64,000 nucleotides of DNA from Octopus sinensis (GCF_006345805.1 NC_043002.1:45446001-45510000), one strand, 5' to 3'; shown: positions 12,095 through 24,070, numbered from the stretch's first letter. The notes: a model not told the origin generated them from the letters alone. Made by a program: numbers and translations.

Positions 12095-12690
12095 ATATGG
12101 ACAGCTTGCATATGGACGAGGACAGCTGTGTAAAAAAAGTGCCAATCTCTAACTCTCTAACTGTAGAGGGAACTTATGGAAGAGGTAGGCCAAGGAAGAT
12201 GCGGGATGAGGTAGTGAAACATGATCTTCAAATGTTGGGCCTCACAGAGGCAATGACAAGTGACCAAGACCTTTGGCGATATGCCATGCTTGAGAAAACC
12301 TGTCAAGCCAAGTGAAACCATAATCATGGCTGATGCTAGCGTCATGTAGTAGGCACCTGTGCCGGGGGCACATAAAAAACATTGGGCCTCACAGAGATGA
12401 TAAGTGACCAAGACCTTTGGTGATATGCCATGCTTGAGAAAACACATCAAGCCAAATGAAATCATAGTTGTGGCCAATGCCGGTGTCAGGTAACTGGCAT
12501 CCATGCTGGTGGCATGTAAAAAGCACCTATTACACTCTTAGAGTGGATGACGTTAGGAAGGGCATCTAGTCATAGAAATCATGCCAAATCAGATTGAAAC
12601 CTGGAGTAGCGCTCCAGCTAACATGTTTCAGTCAAACTCTTTAACCCATACCAGCATGAAAAACGGGCGCTAAATGATGATGATGATGAA
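12095..12690 (+). mobile_element. RTE LINE 3' fragment with a duplicated ORF-end/hairpin unit
   Basis: Encodes GRGRPRK..DEVVKHDL..LGLTEAMTSDQDLWRYA; the ORF end occurs twice; shared tail. Confidence 0.88.
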
Positions 12691-12772
12691 CTTCTGTAAA
12701 GCAATAATGACAAGGAAGTCTCTTCTTAAATGTTATCTAAACAAATTGCAAAGAGCTTAGCAGTCAACTTAC

Positions 12773-12821
12773 CCATGACTTCAGAATTGTCGGTCCTCTT
12801 CTTTTTACAAGGTGGATCACT
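12773..12821 (-). CDS. CPSF1: CPSF1 coding exon 12 (SDPPCKKKRTDNSEVM)
   Basis: PPxKKKR basic patch as in CPSF1. TTGTTCCAG| and G|GTAAGT, 49 nt, phases fit. Confidence 0.92.
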
Positions 12822-12954
12822 CTGGAACAAAAACAAAATGAAAAAAACCAATAACCTTTATATTGCAATGACATTTGAAGGAAAATAAAAGGAAAGCAAA
12901 GATTTAATAGCTTCACTTTAAACAGATTATGGCTAGATAAAAGTGACAGCTCAC

Positions 12955-13077
12955 CTTTTTACCATCAGCATCAATTTTATTGACAGAAGCTTCAAGCATT
13001 TTTTCCGTGTACTTCAAAAGTAAAGAGTTACCAAGTCGTGACCCCAAAAATAAATATCCTTCTTCACACTGACACAT
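12955..13077 (-). CDS. CPSF1: CPSF1 coding exon 11 ([26 protein letters not shown]...)
   Basis: [20 protein letters not shown] motif. GT-AG, 123 nt. Confidence 0.97.
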
Positions 13078-13724
13078 CTGTCATAAATAAAATAAAAAAG
13101 AATATTTTGACAAACTGATTTCTTTTGAGATAGTAGACAGTTAAATTCAGTAAGGTCTGAATGCACCCCCAATGTGTTACCAGTACTTATGTTAGCAAAT
13201 CTAGGTGAGTATAAGGTACAAACTGACACTCACAAGATTTTCATTTAGGACCTAAAATGGTCAAAAGATATTTTTAAAAATTAACAACAAAATAAGTAGT
13301 TTCTTTTTGTGTAAAATGAATAAAAAAAAATTTTTTTATATTTTATATTTTTAAATAAACGTATGAATATATAGTTTTCTTACATAGGCACAAGGCACAT
13401 TTTCATGGGGGAGTAGTTATAATCAACTGAATCAATCCAACTACACAATTGAGTATTTTATCAAACCAAGAGGAAAAGTCAACCCCAACAGTATTTCAAC
13501 AAAAAAACATAGAGAGGAAAGACTAAACACAATGAGGCATACACTTCTCTACTATTTCTCTTAAGTCACTACTTTGATGACATGGATAATGTTTTGAAAC
13601 AAGTTAATAATTTCTTACTAACAATCAGACATAGTTTGGACATGACTGAACAATAGAATATATACACGTGCCCAGTCTACACTAAGTATAAAAAAAACAA
13701 CTTTTTTTCTTTACAACTCAGTTA

Positions 13725-14115
13725 TCTTCATCATCATCACCATCCTTTAATGTCTGTTTTCCATGCTGCCATAGGTTGGATGGCTTGACAGGAACTGGTT
13801 AACTGAAGAGCTGTCCAGGTCCCATATTTGTTTTGGCATGGTTTCCATAGCTAGATGCCCTTCCTAATGCCAATCCCTTTACAGAATGTACCAGATTCAC
13901 TTATGCAGCACCGGCACAGGCGCTCTTATGTGGCACTAGCACAGGTGCTTTTTACGTGGCACTAGTACTCACAAGCCCGCAAGATTAGGATCAATTAGCT
14001 GAAGAGGGATGCAGGGAACATGTCTGTATGCAAGAACAGCTACAATTTTACTTAGCTTGATGGATCTTCTCAAGCACAGCAGACTACCATAAATCTCAGT
14101 CATCCCCTCTATAAG
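13725..14115 (-). mobile_element. Old RTE 3' fragment
   Basis: (CAT)n, TTTCCATGCTGCCATAGGTTGG, GATGCCCTTCCTAATGCC, and degenerate ORF end. Confidence 0.75.
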
Positions 14116-14283
14116 GCCTGTCTTAAGATCCTTTCTCACCAAATAGATTCTTTAAAAACAGCTATCATCTCAATAATTTCTGCTGTATACTACAGTCAAT
14201 ACCTCAGATTCATTTGCATTAGAATTTGTTTAAAACTGTTTAGAAACTAAATGCAAAGTAAAACACAAGGAAAGAAAACTTAC

Positions 14284-14371
14284 ACATGTAGTAAGGACAC
14301 TAGAAGCAGCTTTGTCAAAATGAAAACTCTTCACACTCCTCATGCCATCAACAACCAATGTTAAGACATAC
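14284..14371 (-). CDS. CPSF1: CPSF1 coding exon 10 ([29 protein letters not shown])
   Basis: DGMRSV..FHFDKAA motif. GT-AG, 88 nt. Confidence 0.96.
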
Positions 14372-14448
14372 CTGAAATTAAATGATTATAGCAACAATAA
14401 TAATCTGATTTTAGATGGATGGGAGTTTAAAGTCAATTTGTTCTTTAG

Positions 14449-14659
14449 CCCTTTGACTGTGAAATTCAATTTCATGGTTATTCCAATAATAATCTTAAAT
14501 ATCTACCAAAAAGTAGAATTGGAATTTTCTGTAAGTAACATTGCCTCAATAAACTTCACATATCTCAAGAGAAAATAGTCTCAATAAAAGATAGATTGAT
14601 ATATAAAACTGCTTTCCACAATTAAGGGTAATGAAATTTTGATTACCCCACTAAAAGGG
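14449..14659. mobile_element. piggyBac-type MITE family C
   Basis: CCCTTT...AAAAGGG|TTAA; colinear with 3023-3238. Confidence 0.65.
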
Positions 14660-14690
14660 TTAAGAAAGACAAATAAATATAAATACTTAC

Positions 14691-14784
14691 AGTTCTCCAC
14701 CTTTCAGTGATAGAACTAATTTATCAAACGAGATCAGTGTTGATTGGCAACAGTCCAGGGCAATACGAACACCTTCTTGGGGTT
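14691..14784 (-). CDS. CPSF1: CPSF1 coding exon 9 ([31 protein letters not shown])
   Basis: QEGVRI.LDC and SLKGGE motifs. GT-AG, 94 nt. Confidence 0.96.
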
Positions 14785-15415
14785 CTGCAAAAGATGAAGT
14801 ATGAGATATCTAATAAGAAATTAACTCCACCATATTCCAATCTAATGGTTTTGTGTTGATTTTTGGTATCTTTCATTTGCAATATTTTCTTCATATTCCC
14901 ATAGAAAAAGATAAAAACTCTTCTATTCTACAAGGTCTAACTACAGTCAAAAGAATTTCTGGAAGGAATTAAAATATGCTACTGCTACAAACATGATATG
15001 CACTTTAAGTCTTTGATGACATCAGTCCTAATAACAATATGAGGAAATGGTAATCAAACCAGCAAAGTTGACGGCATGTATCTGATTCAAATAATAGATG
15101 TTTTTTAAGTATTTATACATCTGATAGATTACATAGTGCTATGAATTTAGAGGAAACACTTCACAGCTGAATACTCTTTCTAATCCTGATCAACCAACTA
15201 CCAACTAAGGGTGACTGACACTAACTTATTCAAGATAGTTGCTTGGAGCAAGTAAATCAAAATACCTTGATTATAAGAAACTTATAATCAATGACTATGG
15301 TTTTTTATACACTATTTTAACGAATGAGAACACTACATTACTTCTGATAAAATATAATTTAAAGTTTGTGAGATAGCAATTCTCTAGGTTTGGCTTCGCA
15401 AGCAAAAATTTACAG

Positions 15416-15800
15416 GTGCAGGAGTGGTTGTGAGGTAAGTAGCTTGCTTACCAACCACATGGTTCTGCGTTCAGTCCCACTGCGTGGCACCTTGGGCAAG
15501 TGTCTTCTACTATAGCCTCGGGCCGACCAAAGCCTTATGAGTGGATTTGGTAGATGGAAACTGAAAGAAGCCCGTCGTATGTGTGTGAGTGTGTGTTTGT
15601 GTCCGTGTTTGTGTCCAACATCGCTTGACAACCGATGCTGGTGTGTTTACGTCCCCGTAACTTAGCAGTTTGGCAAAAGAAACTGATAGAATAAGTACTA
15701 GGCTTACAAAGAATAAGTCCTGGGGTCGATTTCTTCAGCTAAAGGCAGTGCTCCAGCATGGCCACAGTCAAATGACTGAAACAAGTAAAAGAGTAAAAGA
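15416..15800 (+). mobile_element. tRNA-derived CORE-like SINE, type a
   Basis: A box TGGTTGTGAGG, B-box-like GTTCAGTCCC, CORE-like GGCACCTTGGGCAAGTGTC, central (TG)n, tail ...GAAACAAGTAAAAGA. Confidence 0.88.
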
Positions 15801-15805
15801 GAGGG

Positions 15806-16395
15806 GAATGTCCACATCTTTTGCAAGATTGCTGATGCCTGATGAGTCTGATTTATGACAAACAGGCACAACCACAGAGACTGCATGGGAAGGTAGGTTG
15901 ATTGGGGTTGGTCAGTGTCTTATTTTACCTCCTTTCTCTGCAAGGATGGTCCTGCAGGAGGTGTCTTCAAAGAAGGCTGTTGTCTGGAGGACAGTGGAAC
16001 ACAAGGCTTCATAATCAGCAGCAAGAACAGACCACTGGTGAAGATCAATGTGACACATGCCAAGAGATTTCTCTAAGGAGTCCTTGTACCTCTTCTTCGG
16101 TACTCCTCTATCATGATGACCAGAAGAGAGTTTGCCATGCAGTGTAACCTTGAGAAATCAATGAACTGCATTCCTAATGATGTGCCCAGCCTAGTGAAGC
16201 TGTCTTCAGTAGAGTCGTTTTGATGCTGGCAAGATTTCCTGTTTACACCAACCATTCTTTGAATGGAGGATATGAAGACAAATCTCAGAATTATTTTTCT
16301 AATGGTAGTTGACAACTTGCAAGTTAAAGAAGCTAACTGGAGCACAAATTAGGCTCTGAATTGATGTCCATAAAATATTATCGATATGTGACAAC
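15806..16395 (-). mobile_element. Fossil of a second RTE lineage (BovB-like ORF2 C-terminus with terminal zinc finger)
   Basis: Degenerate LH*AGHIIR...GKLSSGHHDRGVPKKRYKDSL...FPCSLCGCACLS*IRLIRHQQSC. Confidence 0.72.
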
Positions 16396-16724
16396 ATTTA
16401 AATATAATCAACCTAAATGTATTCAAATTACTTGGGTCAGCCAAAGTGACAAGACAACAAATAAAACTCACATTTACAAATTACACCAATGAACCCTATA
16501 TCATATCAGCATATTTCATCCAAATTCAAACAATAGTTATATTTTTATTATTTTTATATGAAAATAAATGCATTTAGTCAAAATCTTTTTCTAATAAGAC
16601 TTATATTAGATTTATATAGAGAAAGCATGACAGGACTTTAAGATTAAAGGTGTTCTCCACAAATATTGTCATATTGGTACAAGCTTTACAAAAGAGAAGA
16701 CATTCAGAAATAATGACTACTTAC

Positions 16725-16835
16725 TGAGTGGAAATGCTGTACAAGAAAGTGCAATACCATTTAATGAAACACCATAAGGGGGTACACTTTGATTCAAATA
16801 TAAGAGGGAATTTACTGCAAACACAACAACACCAC
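16725..16835 (-). CDS. CPSF1: CPSF1 coding exon 8 ([25 protein letters not shown]...AFPL)
   Basis: [19 protein letters not shown] motif. GT-AG, 111 nt. Confidence 0.97.
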
Positions 16836-17409
16836 CTGTTAAAGAAAAATAAGCAAAAATTATATTTTATGCTTTTGACAATATCTATCATTGGCATAAG
16901 ATTGTTAATTTGTAGGAGCCAGTAATAAGATTAAGTGAATTAACTGCAATACATGATTGATATTTATCTTATCCTCAAAAATAGGAAAGGAAAAACAAAT
17001 CAATTCTAGTAGGATCTGAACTTAACACTTTCATAGTGTGATAATTCTGAAATACACCACCTTGATGCATTTGAATTAATTTTGAAAATAATCAATAATC
17101 TGAAAGTATTTAGTACTCAAGAAGACCCACCCACCACAACATAACTGATATCCTAAAACCAACGTGCGGTGTAAAAAAAAGCATCGGTGTGAATGCTGGT
17201 GCTACATTATAAACACTGGTGTTGGTACCACATAAAAGACACCCTATAAAGTGATTGGTGTTAGGAAGGGCACATAGCTGTAAAAAGCAAACCAAAACAG
17301 ACTATGGAACCTGGTGCAGCCCCTGGCCTTGCCAGTTCCTGTTAAGCTATTCAACCCATGCCAGTATGGAAAACGGGTGTTAAATGACAATAATGATGAT
17401 ATTTAGTAA

Positions 17410-17712
17410 CATTGCCCAACAGGGTACACAGCTCAGAGATTAGGATGTCTTTCCAGATCAAGCTGTTACTTCTCTGCATCAAGAGATCACAACTCTAGTA
17501 AGACATGTGGTCAAGATACTGTAGGAAAGGATCACAAGACAGATTCTTCAAACCGAGACAACCAACAGGAGACCTACAGGTACACCACAAGCAAGATGGA
17601 TAATATCCATAGACTCAGTTCATCACACTAAGAAATCCAGCAGGAAAGCATAACAACAGTCACTTCTGATAGGAATCTATGGAGGAGATGGCTGTAGTCT
17701 CTACCCCTATGA
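17410..17712 (+). mobile_element. Fossil of the same Rex3/Expander-like family (ORF2 C-terminus)
   Basis: RVHSSEIR...IKLLLLCIKRSQL...RRPTGTPQARW...DRNLWRR, colinear with 6420-6620. Confidence 0.6.
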
Positions 17713-17874
17713 TGTCATCATCATCATCGTTTAACGTTCACCTTCCATGCTGGCATACGATGGACAGTTTGACAGGAGCCGGCCAGGCAGAAGACTTCTG
17801 AGTCTGTTTTGGTATGGTTTTTACAGTTGGTTGCCCTTCCTCACACCAACCACCCAACAGAGTGGACTGAGATC

Positions 17875-17960
17875 AGTTTTGGCATGGTTTTTACAGGTGA
17901 GGTTAGTTTTGGCATGATTTTTAAAGGCAAGGTTAGTTTTAGCATGGTTTTTACAGATGG
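17875..17960. repeat. Three 30-bp tandem units inside an old RTE tail
   Basis: AGTTTTGGCATGGTTTTTACAGGTGAGGTT repeated about 2.8 times. Confidence 0.85.
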
Positions 17961-19185
17961 ATGCCCTTCCAAATGCCAACCAATTCACAGTATAGACTGG
18001 ATGCTTTTTACATGGCATCCGCACTGGCAGGGTTACCAAGTAACTTTCCAGAAATAGTGGGCACCAAAAATGGATGGATGTTGTTTAGAATCTAAAAGGT
18101 ACTTATACAAAATTATGAAGCAAGATTTTAAATATAAATAAGGACTGTTTAAATGAGTGATTTTGTATCATAGAACCGGAGGCAATTTCAGGCAAGTTGG
18201 TATCAAAAGGGTTAAAATATACTGGATGAAATACCAAATTACTGTTTCTGCCACTCCACCAACATATTAATGGCTTTTAACATAGGCACAAACCATAAAT
18301 TATGGCAGACGGAATAGTCAATTAAACTGATTCCAGTAGATGACTGGTATATATTTTATTAGATCTTGAAGGGTGACAGGCAAAAAAAGTAACTGATCAA
18401 TGCCAGCACTTCAGCTGGTGCTAAATTATCAGCTCTAGAAGAATGTAAAACAAAGTTGACCATGGCAATATTTGTATTCAAAATGCAAAAAGATAAAACT
18501 AAACACATCAAGAACTCTTCCTATTTTGGGTATTTTCTCCTGCCTCATTCTGGTTTGAGCCACTTTAAAGAAAGCAGGTCTGTTTTATTTACTGTGTAAC
18601 ACCAACACAAGAGAAACTATCTTTTCAGACTGGTGCTTTCTTTTTCCATACTAATTGTTCAGTTAAGAGAGCCAACTTCAAGCACTTATAGCATCATAAC
18701 AAACAGCAATTTTTTTCTATACATAAAAATCTCTGGTAGGCATCATTATCATCAACATCATTTAACATTTGTTTTCCATGTTTGCATGGGTTGGACAATT
18801 TAACAGTTGGTAAGCCAGAGAGCTACACCAAGCTCCATTATCTGTTTTGGTATGGTTTCTATAGCTGGATGCCCTTCCTAATGCCAACCACTTGACAGAG
18901 TATACTGGGTGCTTTTTATGTAGCAACAGCACAGCCACTATAAAAAACGGATACAAGTATAACTAATATGATACATGATAGTAAAAATTATATTTTAATT
19001 TTCTAAATTATTGAAATGAAAAATGGTATTTTCTTTTTATTGAAAGCCAATTCTTCATTTACTAAAGGATTAAATAAACTATTACACTCATGAGACAGAT
19101 TTAATTGCTGATTGACAAACTTTCGGAATAACTATCACTGCTCCATGGAGAAGGAAAAGGGTTATTATTTAATAGCTTATTTACT

Positions 19186-19897
19186 AATCCTGGGACGAGG
19201 TGGTGAAGCACGACCTTCGAACTTTAGGTCTCACTGAGGAAATGACTAGAGACCGAGACCTCTGGAAGTGTGCTGTGCGTGAGAAATCCCGGCAGGACAA
19301 GTGAGTCCATAACCCGTGGCCTTCTACATGGGATGGAGCCAGCCTACGTATGCATACCTTCCCTTCTTGGGACACAAAACTCTACTTGTGAAGACCTATT
19401 GAGGCAAGTGAGGATCAGAATCGAAATCGATCAATGGAAATTGCAGATGTGTTACCAGTGCCGGTGGCACTGTAAGAGAACCATCCGTTCGCGACCGTTG
19501 CCAGCGCCGCCCCGACTGGCCTCGTGCCGGTGGCACGTAAAAAGCACCATCCGTTCGTGTCCGTTGCCAGCCTCGCCTGGCCCCCATGCCGGTGGCACAT
19601 AAAAAGCACCATCCGTTCGTGTCCGTTGCCAGCCTCGCCTGGCCCCCATGCCGGTGGCACATAAAAAGCACCATCCGTTCGTGGCCGTTTGCCAGCTATG
19701 TCTGGCACCTGTGCGGGCGGCACGTAAAAAGCACCCACTACACTCACGGAGTGGTTGGCATTAAAAAGGGCATCCAGCCGTAGAAACACTGCCAGATCTG
19801 ACTGGGCCTGATGAAGCCTTCTGGCTTCACAGACCCCAGTTGAACCGTCCAACCCATGCTAGCATGGAAAACGGACGCTAAACGATGATGATGATGA
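19186..19897 (+). mobile_element. RTE LINE 3' fragment: ORF2 end, full 3' UTR with five-unit stem-loop array, (GAT)n tail
   Basis: Encodes WDEVVKHDLRTLGLTEEMTRDRDLWKCAVREKSRQDK*, then the UTR and the shared tail. Confidence 0.92.
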
Positions 19898-19964
19898 TTT
19901 AGTAAACAAAAAAATTGGCTACTGATAACTGTAAAGTACCAAAGAAACTATAGTGAACACTTAC

Positions 19965-20104
19965 CTATGGGTTTAGGAATTGGTAAAGCACAGAAACAGT
20001 CAAACGGTAAGTTTGTTAATGACCATATAACAGGATGAACTTTCTGTTGGATATTTAAAGAAATAGCCACAATGCTGCAAGTATCTGTCCGTACAGCTGT
20101 CCGC
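19965..20104 (-). CDS. CPSF1: CPSF1 coding exon 7 ([36 protein letters not shown]...PKPI)
   Basis: [12 protein letters not shown] and HPVIWSL motifs. GT-AG boundaries, 140 nt. Confidence 0.97.
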
Positions 20105-21047
20105 CTAAAAAGATATATTATTTCACAATATTTGATAAATTGATAGGAAATAGTTTCTAAAAAATGATTTCCTGTTCTAGGATAACCAACTGAAACTGAA
20201 AAAGAGACAAATTTTCAATTATTGCACTGGTGCCTCATTATGAAAGAAGCCCACTTTTAAGTCAATTACCAATATAAGTAGTGATGTAGTTTTTCCACAA
20301 CAAGAAAACTGTTCTCTTTGGCCCTTTCTCTTATGCTTTTACTCCTTGTGTTTTAGAATAAAGCTGCTCATTTGGGGTTCATAGGATTGCAAGCTGCATG
20401 GCAACCTTACTAGTATCAGTGTCACAAACAAAGCAACTTGTATACACTGTAAAGTCGGATGCACTTCCTATCCAACTGTAGAATTCATGCCAAAGAAAAT
20501 GATGCAGTCCTTGAGCCCACTGGACCCTGTCGAACCATGCAACCTATTCCAGCATGGAACATGAATGTATGATGATGATGATCACCAATGTTTCATGAAA
20601 CAAATGGCTGTGAATGTTTGTATAAATGTAGCCATTTGAAGGAGGCAACAGCTGCAGTGACAGTGGTACTGGTGGTGGTAGAAACAAGGGCAATGATGAT
20701 ACTGACAGCAATCATGAGAATATATAATGATCACACTAATAATGCCAAACATAAAAGAGGAGGAAATGGATTTTAGAAACTTGCTTTTGTAAATTCAAAT
20801 AATGGTGGGGCTAACAATTAATTGATATGAAGCACTCACAAGTTGATATTTCATTTTTCTTAGATGTCATTTATATTTTCTATTGAAGGAAAAACCCTCT
20901 AAAATATGTTGGGTTTAGCTGGGGGTCTTTTTTTATTATAATTAACAATAAAATATCAAACAATACAAACAAATTCAAATATCTGTTTCCATTTCATTCA
21001 AATAGAAAAACAAGCTTGCTTTTATAGTTAAACTCTATCACACTTAC

Positions 21048-21191
21048 CCTGACCAAGTTTGCAGAGGTTCATACAAGATGAAAATTGTTGGTTCATAATA
21101 ACCATGCAGAAACTGAATGTCTAAAACATTAGTAATTTTCTCATCCATGGAACGAAGATCAATTAAATATGATGAAAGTATTGGTGGTTTA
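21048..21191 (-). CDS. CPSF1: CPSF1 coding exon 6 ([35 protein letters not shown]...TWSG)
   Basis: [10 protein letters not shown] motif. TTTCAG| and GG|GTAAGT, 144 nt. Confidence 0.97.
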
Positions 21192-21299
21192 CTGAAACAG
21201 AAAATATCTTATTTAAGTAATAGCAATTATATCTTCAAGTCTTTTCTTTTTTAATCATCATTATTTATTAATCAAGAGGAAAAAAGGCCAGAGAATTAA

Positions 21300-21511
21300 C
21301 CTTTTAGCATTTAAACTAGCCATATCCAGCCCAAATATTCTGCCTATTTTATGCTGAAACTGACCAGATCTGGCCTCTCGCACCTACTCAACAACATCAT
21401 CCTAAAAATAAACAATCACATCATTGAAATTTTGAACTAATGAGATAATGTATGATTAATTCAAAACTGAATAAATAAGCATTCACATTTGATAAACTGA
21501 ATGCTAAAGAG
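21300..21511 (+). mobile_element. piggyBac-type MITE family A
   Basis: TTAA|CCTTTTAGCATT...AATGCTAAAGAG|TTAA. Confidence 0.8.
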
Positions 21512-21834
21512 TTAATACAAGTTTGGATATTTTACAGGTTTTGAATTATTTTAGATTTGTGAATAAGTGTATATGATGACAAGTTGCGTTATATAGGTTC
21601 TAAAGGATTAAAGCAAATCCTGACAGAGAAAAAACTAAAAGGAATGAGTACTTTAAATGATTTAAACATCTTCTGAAAGTACATTTGAATGGCAAAAGCT
21701 CATTAACATTGCCATCAACATACCAACAGTCCAAGCAAGTGCATTAAGTTAGAAATAACGAGTCAAAATATAACAGAACACACGTAATAGATCAGGAGAT
21801 AAGAAACCTGCTGAAAATAAATTTAAAAACATCA

Positions 21835-21900
21835 TCTATAATAATAAATGCCAAAACGAATTTCTGTGTGTCAGTGTGTCACACTTTGACCCCCTCCCCT
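21835..21900 (+). mobile_element. Possible Helitron 5' end
   Basis: A|TCTATAATAATAAATGCCAAAAC...TGTGTGTC resembles the 5' end of the 59589 element. No 3' end identified. Confidence 0.4.
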
Positions 21901-22194
21901 CTCTCACTATTCAATGACACTCCTACTATTCCTCATGTCGAAAAATAAAACACATTTGGTCAAGTTCAATCATTGCATCACGGTCAGCCTATGAACTTTC
22001 CAGCCCACCCTCATATACACTTTTCTATCATTAGAGGGTATACTCTGACACAGTTTTACCATATCTCCCTCTCTCCTCTCTTTTTCCCTAACTAGGGTAG
22101 CCATGTATCTCTTCCACCGCAAGATACTTGTTTCTGCTCCTCTAACATATTCTAACTTTTCCTCACCTAACACAAAGCCACCCCACTCAGTTGA

Positions 22195-22883
22195 GGGGGT
22201 CTTGTCTTGCAAACTATTTAGCGACCTCACTGCCGCTGGTTCCACATAAAAAGCACCCAGTACACTCTATAAAGTGGTTGGCATTTGGAAGGGTATGCAG
22301 CTGTAGAAACCATGCCAATGCCATCTTCTCCTGTCAAATTGTCCAACCACTGCCAGCATATAAAGCGGACATTAAGCGATGATGATGATGATGACCACAC
22401 TGTAACATGTATCAGACAACCAACAACCATACCTTTCATGAAGGAAAGTGGGCAGATTATTTTTGAGTGTTTAAATAGCAATTATTAATGCTTCCGGCAT
22501 TTTATAGATGCTTTGTCCAGGACCTCAGAGGTAAGGTGGCCGATGCCGGTGGCACATAAAAAGTACCTGTCCAGTATGTTGCGCCTCATGGGGGGAATGA
22601 CAAATGACTGAGACCTTTGGTATTACGCCGTTCTTGAGAAGAAAGCCCATCAAGCCAAGTGAAATCATAGTCGTAGAAAATACTGGTGTCACGCAAATGG
22701 CACGTAAAAAGCATCCATTACACTCTCTGAGTGATTGGCGTTAGGAAGGGCATCCAGCCATAGAAACCATGCTAAATCAGACTGGAGTCTGGTACAGCCT
22801 TCTAGTTTGCCAGCATGGTCAAACCATCCAACCCATGGACAACGGGCATTAAATGATGATGATGATGATAATGATGATGATGA
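22195..22883 (+). mobile_element. Two RTE tail fragments; the second has hairpin/ORF-end/hairpin/tail structure
   Basis: Shared tail twice; ORF-end sequence GACTGAGACCTTTGG...CAAGCCAAGTGA between hairpin motifs. Confidence 0.78.
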
Positions 22884-23431
22884 ATAAATATAACCAACGT
22901 GACAAATCTTCAGAAACAATTCACTATACTCTATCAGGGTGCCAAACACTAGCCCTATAATAAGTAGTATCCATATAACTTTGAAAATAAAAAAGCAAAG
23001 ATTACAAGGATCTTCAGCCTGCCATCAAGTAACAGAATACAAAATCTAACATTCAGCTATTGTCTACAACCAAAACAAGAGTGTTTTAATAAAGAATGTT
23101 CCTTACTCTATGTGTGTGGTACAACTGGAATAATGCACAATCAATCATAGCTTAGACCTATAATAAAAACATTTACTTCACTCAACTTAGCAAACTTAGT
23201 GGCTATCATTAAAGAAATAATTCAAGTATTGATTAGAAGAAAAAAATACCAACTGCTCCATTTAAATTTCATAATTTGAATAGCCATCTAATGTAAGGTA
23301 ATTTGGAGGGGAAGGAAAAAAAATAAATTTAAATTAAGAAAAAACAGAGAATATTTCTATAAATCCAACAACAAATGAAAAAGATGAAATTTAGAAGAAA
23401 AGTAATCAAAATATCACAGAAATTTACTTAC

Positions 23432-23580
23432 CAGCCTAATGTAGTATCTCCTTCTTCCAAACTGACATCATGACGAAATGGTAAAATTGTAAGGTGTCTA
23501 CCATAAATCAACATTGCAGCACATCTCCCATCTGGATCCACACGGACAATTGGAAGGTGTCGGTTTTCAACAAAACCACA
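23432..23580 (-). CDS. CPSF1: CPSF1 coding exon 5 ([27 protein letters not shown]...)
   Basis: [13 protein letters not shown] motif. Donor TG|GTAAGT, 149 nt, phase 0 to 2. Confidence 0.96.
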
Positions 23581-23674
23581 CTATATATTGTGAAAAAAAA
23601 AGTTTATGATATATATTTAGATAAAATCATTGAATATTATTTTAGTTATTTTTCAATTCAACTTTTCTTAAAAA

Positions 23675-24070
23675 TCATCATCATCATCATCGTTTAACAT
23701 CTGCTCTCCATGCTAGCATGGGTTGGACGGTTCAACTGGGGTCTGGGAAGCCAGAAGGCTGCACCAGGCCCAGTCTGATCTGGCAGTGTTTCTACAGCTG
23801 GATGCCCTTCCTAACGCTAACCATTCCATGAGTGTAGTGGGTGCTTTTTACGTGCCACACGTGGCTGGCAAACGGCCACGATTGGATGGTGCTTTTTAAA
23901 TGCCACTGGCATGGAGGCCAGACGAGGCTGGCAATGGCCACGATCGGATGGTGCTTTTTACGTGCCACCGACACGGAGGCCAGTCAGGGCATCACTGGCA
24001 ACGACCACGTTCAGATGGATCTCTTATGTACCAACGGCACTGGTATCACAGCTACAATTTCCATTGATGT
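23675..24070 (-). mobile_element. RTE 3' UTR fragment with array
   Basis: Reverse complement of the 19430-19897 type sequence. Confidence 0.88.

Noticed and set aside
15836-15870. CTGATGAGTC...GACAAAC hammerhead look-alike
   Set aside because: Lacks the G of GAAA and any NUH site, and is the antisense of a LINE zinc-finger coding segment.
19460-19745. CRISPR-like reading of the repeat-and-variable-segment arrays
   Set aside because: The variable parts are short, clearly related to each other, not unique spacers. The arrays sit in a eukaryotic LINE UTR with no cas genes.
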